The position numbers and the translations under genes were made by a program. Shown here in pieces: positions 60,635 through 64,000 of a DNA stretch of 64,000 nucleotides; position 1 is the first letter of the stretch, and each line of letters starts with the position of its first letter. Source of the stretch: an uncultured delta proteobacterium (GTDB lineage: Bacteria; Myxococcota; Myxococcia; Myxococcales; Anaeromyxobacteraceae); NCBI GenBank assembly GCA_963845515.1, contig CAWJSR010000049.1, forward strand, positions 64,001-128,000. Direction: 5' to 3'. The notes beneath the pieces are model-generated. The model had not been told where the DNA came from. It searched no databases and was given only the letters and a program-made list of their open reading frames with translations.

Positions 60635-62931
60635 CTAGTAGCTGGTCCCCTTCACGATCGGGCGCGCGGACGGGATCGGCGCGAGCGGGTTCAGCTGCAC
60701 CGACGTCGGCCGCATCATCTCGTTGTCCTCGTGGTCGATGATGTGGCAGTGCCAGACGTAGTTGGTCAGCCCGCCGTCGTTCGGATCGAACGGGAAGAAC
60801 GCCTGCGGCTGGTGCCGTCGCGAGCGGCAGGCTCGTCGGCGCCCAGCGGACCACGAACCGGGTCACCATCCCGGGCGGGACGACGATGGTGTCCTTCCAG
60901 CCGGTCTCCTGCGCGGCCGGCGAGCCGATCGCCGTCCCTGCAGGAACGGGGTGACGTCGGGGTTGCCGCCGTCGAGCGGGAACGTCCCAGTCGGCGTGAC
61001 GCGGCTCGCGCCGGAGTACGGCAGCGGCGGGCCGTAGCCCGGCATGTAGAGCCCGCCGGGGAAGGCCGCGCCGTAGGCCGCGGTGTAGCCGGCCGCGTCG
61101 AACGCTCTGCCGGTTCAGGAGCTGGAACTGGACGAGGTGCAGGTGGATCGGGTGGGCGTCGGCGGTGATGTTCACGATCTCCCAGAGCTCGGTCTCACCC
61201 TCGTTCGGCAGCTCGGAGAACCAGGTGGTCCGTCCACCCGACGTGATCGGCGTGAAGTCCGGGCGCGTCATCTGCATCCCGCCCATCGAGTGGACGCCGG
61301 TCCACTTGGTGTTGTTGACGAGGATCTCCAGCGGCCCGCCCGGGTAGGCGATCGGCGCGCCGGTGACGACGTCGTAGCCGGTCATCGGCATCCCCATGAC
61401 CTCGTTGAGCGTCAGCTGCCGGATCTTCGTGGGGGCCGCGATGCAGCGTCCCGGTGAGCGGGTTCACGAGCCGGGTGATCGCCTGGCCCGCGCCGCGGAT
61501 GGCGCCGCCGAGCGCCGGGTCGTAGCTGCGCGTCCGCGACGACCGGGGCCGCGCCGACGCGGAACTGCACGATCTGGCCGAGCGTGCTGCCGCCGGGCGG
61601 GGGGCCGCCGGGGTAGGGCGTACGGCCGGTGTTCCGCAGGAGCAGCCGGGAGTTCGGGAAGGCCTGCGAAGTCGATGATCACCTCGTACCGCTCGCCGGG
61701 CATGATCACGAGCTTGCCGCCGAGCGCCGGATCGACCACCTGCGGCGAGTCGAGGTAGCCGCCGTCGGTGCCGATCACGTTCAGGGCGGGGCCAGGCATG
61801 CCGGTGGCGGGGTTCACGAGGAAGAGCTCGTAGGTGCGCGCGTTGGAGCCGTTCAGGAAGAGGAAGCGGTAGCGCTTCGGCTGCGACGTTGACGAACGGC
61901 CAGGCCTTGCCGTTGACGACGATGGTGTCGCCGATGAACTCGGGGATCCAGTAGGGGTGCTCGGGGTTGAGCGCGTTGACCACGCCACCCCAGGTGGCCG
62001 CCGGGAAGAAGAGCTGGCCGGTGGTGTCGAACATCCGGTCCTGGATCACGAGCGGGATGACCTCGCCGACGCCCTGGAGGTTGGGCGGCAGCGCCAGGTC
62101 GGGATCGGTGAGGAAGTAGGCCCCGGCGAGCCCGGCGTAGACGTTGAGCCGCGTGGCGCCGAGCGTGTGGTCGTGGAACCAGAGCGGCCCCGCCTCCTGC
62201 GTGTTCGGATAGGCGTAGGTCGCGCCGTTGGCCGGAGCCGCGCCGCCGGCCTTCGTGTAGTACTTGTGCCCCTTGATGAGGCCGTCGCTCGTGAACCAGG
62301 AGTCGGGCGAGCCGTCGATTCCGGGCGGCACCTCGCCGCCGTGCAGGTGCGGGACCGCCGGGATCGGGCCGTCGTAGTTCCAGGAGCACGGCGTGTTGTA
62401 GGCCGGGATCCCCATCGTCGCCGCGGTCTGGGTCATGCAGTCGAGGCCGTACGGATCGGCCCAGTGGAGGGTCGGGTCGGTGCTGAACTTGTAGGCGAGG
62501 ACGTTGGTCGTCGCGGCGGTCCCGAGGTTGTTGATCCAGGTGATCTCGGTGGGCACGTTGCGCCTCGCGATCACCACCGGGCCGATGTACGTCTGCTGAG
62601 GGGCGGTGGGGCAGGCGCCGGCGATCGAGTAGCCCCAGGTCCACGTGCTGGTCTGGACGCCGGGCGCGATGGTGCCGAGCGGCAGGATGTTGGTCGGGAA
62701 CTCGCACATCGTGACGGCCAGGTTCGTCGCCGCGGTCGTCGCGATCGGCCCCCCCTGGACGTCCAGGAGCGGGAGCGGCTGCACGAACTTCTTGATGGCC
62801 TTCGGCGAGAGCGGCACCTGCGTGTTTGGCGCGAGAGGCACCTGCGAACGGGCGCTTTCAGGCGCGAGCATGATCAGGACCGCGAGCGTGGAAAGGAGAT
62901 ACTGCCCCCTCCTGCAAAGACTGGTTCTCAT
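60635..62931 (-). CDS. Secreted multicopper oxidase (CotA/bilirubin-oxidase-like); several frameshifts
   Basis: [38 protein letters not shown] copper motifs spread over several frames; N-terminal signal peptide. Confidence 0.9.
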
Positions 62932-63130
62932 GATTTCTCTCCTCACTCGCGTTCCGTCTGGCGTGGCACTGCAGTTGGGCTAGGGCAATTTGCCGCGTGA
63001 GCGCGATTGACACACATGTAGGAGTGCGAACGTTTGATTTCGCGTCCCAAGCGGGTGCTGACGCACTAAGAGTGTGTGCCCGGGTGAGGCGTCTGGCCTG
63101 CCGAAGCGCGGCAGGCTATGGAGGGCGGCG

Positions 63131-63622
63131 ATGCGTGCCTTCATCGGAGTCGGCAGCAACCTCGGGGATCGCTGGCGGAGCCTCGGCTTCGCCGCGCGGG
63201 CGCTCCGGGAATCCGGCGCTGCCGCAGTCGTCCGCGCGTCGAGCGTCTGGGACACCGAGCCGCTAGGCCCCCCCCAGCCGAGGTACCTGAACGCCGCCCT
63301 GGAGGTCGAGACGGTCCTCGCGCCGCGCGCGCTTCTCTCGCTGCTGCAGCGGATCGAGGGGGCGGCGCACCGAAGGCGTGCAGGCGTCCGGTGGGCTGCA
63401 CGGACGCTCGACCTCGACCTTCTCCTCTATGGCGATCGGGTGATCCGCGAGCCGGGGCTCGTCGTCCCGCACGAGGGGATCGCGACCCGAGCCTTCGTGC
63501 TGGCCCCGCTCGCCGAGCTGGCGCCCACGCTGGTCGTGCCGGGGCTCGACCGGAGCGTGGCGGCGCTGCTGGCCGACCTGCCGCCGTCGGGGATCGCTCG
63601 GGCCGGTCTCTATCCGCTCTAG
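63131..63622 (+). CDS. folK: 2-amino-4-hydroxy-6-hydroxymethyldihydropteridine pyrophosphokinase
   Basis: AFIGVGSNLGD, SSVWDTEP, YLNAA, RWAARTLDLDLLLY, VPH...RAFVLAPLAEL. Confidence 0.93.
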   Translation: MRAFIGVGSNLGDRWRSLGFAARALRESGAAAVVRASSVWDTEPLGPPQPRYLNAALEVETVLAPRALLSLLQRIEGAAHRRRAGVRWAARTLDLDLLLYGDRVIREPGLVVPHEGIATRAFVLAPLAELAPTLVVPGLDRSVAALLADLPPSGIARAGLYPL

Positions 63623-63805
63623 GCGGTGCCGATCATCACCTCATGCCGCACCCGAAGGCGCCCCGCGGTGTGGGCCGTGTGAGCCCTCGCGAGGAAGATC
63701 ATTTACGGTCGGTCGTTACCGCGGTAGAGGTACGGACCATCCCGTAGCGCACATTTAGGTGGCGCGACGGAGGCAGCATCCACCCTTCGGGAGGAAGAGA
63801 CCCTT

Positions 63806-64000
63806 ATGAAGCTTCGGACGATCGGTATGACGGTTGTTGCGGCCCTCGCGCTCGTCGCGGGCCGCGCTCAGGCGCAGGACGCGGCTGCGGCTCCGGCCGG
63901 CGTGGACGCGGGTTGGGACACGAAGTACGGCGTGCTGTTCACGCTGCCGAACCCCTTCGGCGGCGCGTCTGGCACCAACGTCATCAGCGACTACGACGCC
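63806..64000 (+). CDS. Secreted protein, N-terminal part (runs off window)
   Basis: GGAGGA RBS; MKLRTIGMTVVAALALVAGRAQA signal peptide. Confidence 0.7.
   Translation, partial: MKLRTIGMTVVAALALVAGRAQAQDAAAAPAGVDAGWDTKYGVLFTLPNPFGGASGTNVISDYDA

Noticed and set aside
1..64000. tRNA, rRNA, CRISPR array, prophage, IS transposase or integrase
   Set aside because: None recognisable by eye; intergenic gaps are short and lack the expected signatures.

Overview
Very GC-rich bacterial chromosomal segment. Gene content (TIGR04551-type outer-membrane protein, multiheme cytochrome, MqnD, SpmA/B, Sel1/TonB-C and PEGA-like lipoproteins, multicopy-type HNH gene) suggests an Anaeromyxobacter-like Myxococcota organism; this is inference. 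About 58 CDS: amino-acid and cofactor biosynthesis (argH-lppL-lysA-dapA-dapB-FAH, asd, cimA-leuB, pabB/C fusion, folK, mqnD), transporters, two chemoreceptors, three orphan histidine kinases, redox proteins (mono-heme and 12-heme c-type cytochromes, Fe-S protein, multicopper oxidase) and many envelope lipoproteins. At least 12 genes, including asd, carry small frameshifts, which most likely reflect uncorrected long-read indels rather than true pseudogenes. I saw no rRNA, tRNA, CRISPR array, integrase or IS transposase. No complete multi-gene novel system can be established from the sequence alone. The best leads are: a lipoprotein with a degenerate MACPF-like signature and Gly/Ser-rich segments (possible pore-forming fold); a J-domain protein carrying four MshEN-like (c-di-GMP-binding) repeats; a small accessory island with two HNH nucleases; a stand-alone dodecaheme cytochrome; a putative three-way-junction RNA leader; a BoxC/REP-like palindrome family with one copy apparently translated; a hidden LppL/LptM-like lipoprotein; and an AAA_14-DUF4143 ATPase preceded by a perfect AT-rich operator-like palindrome.
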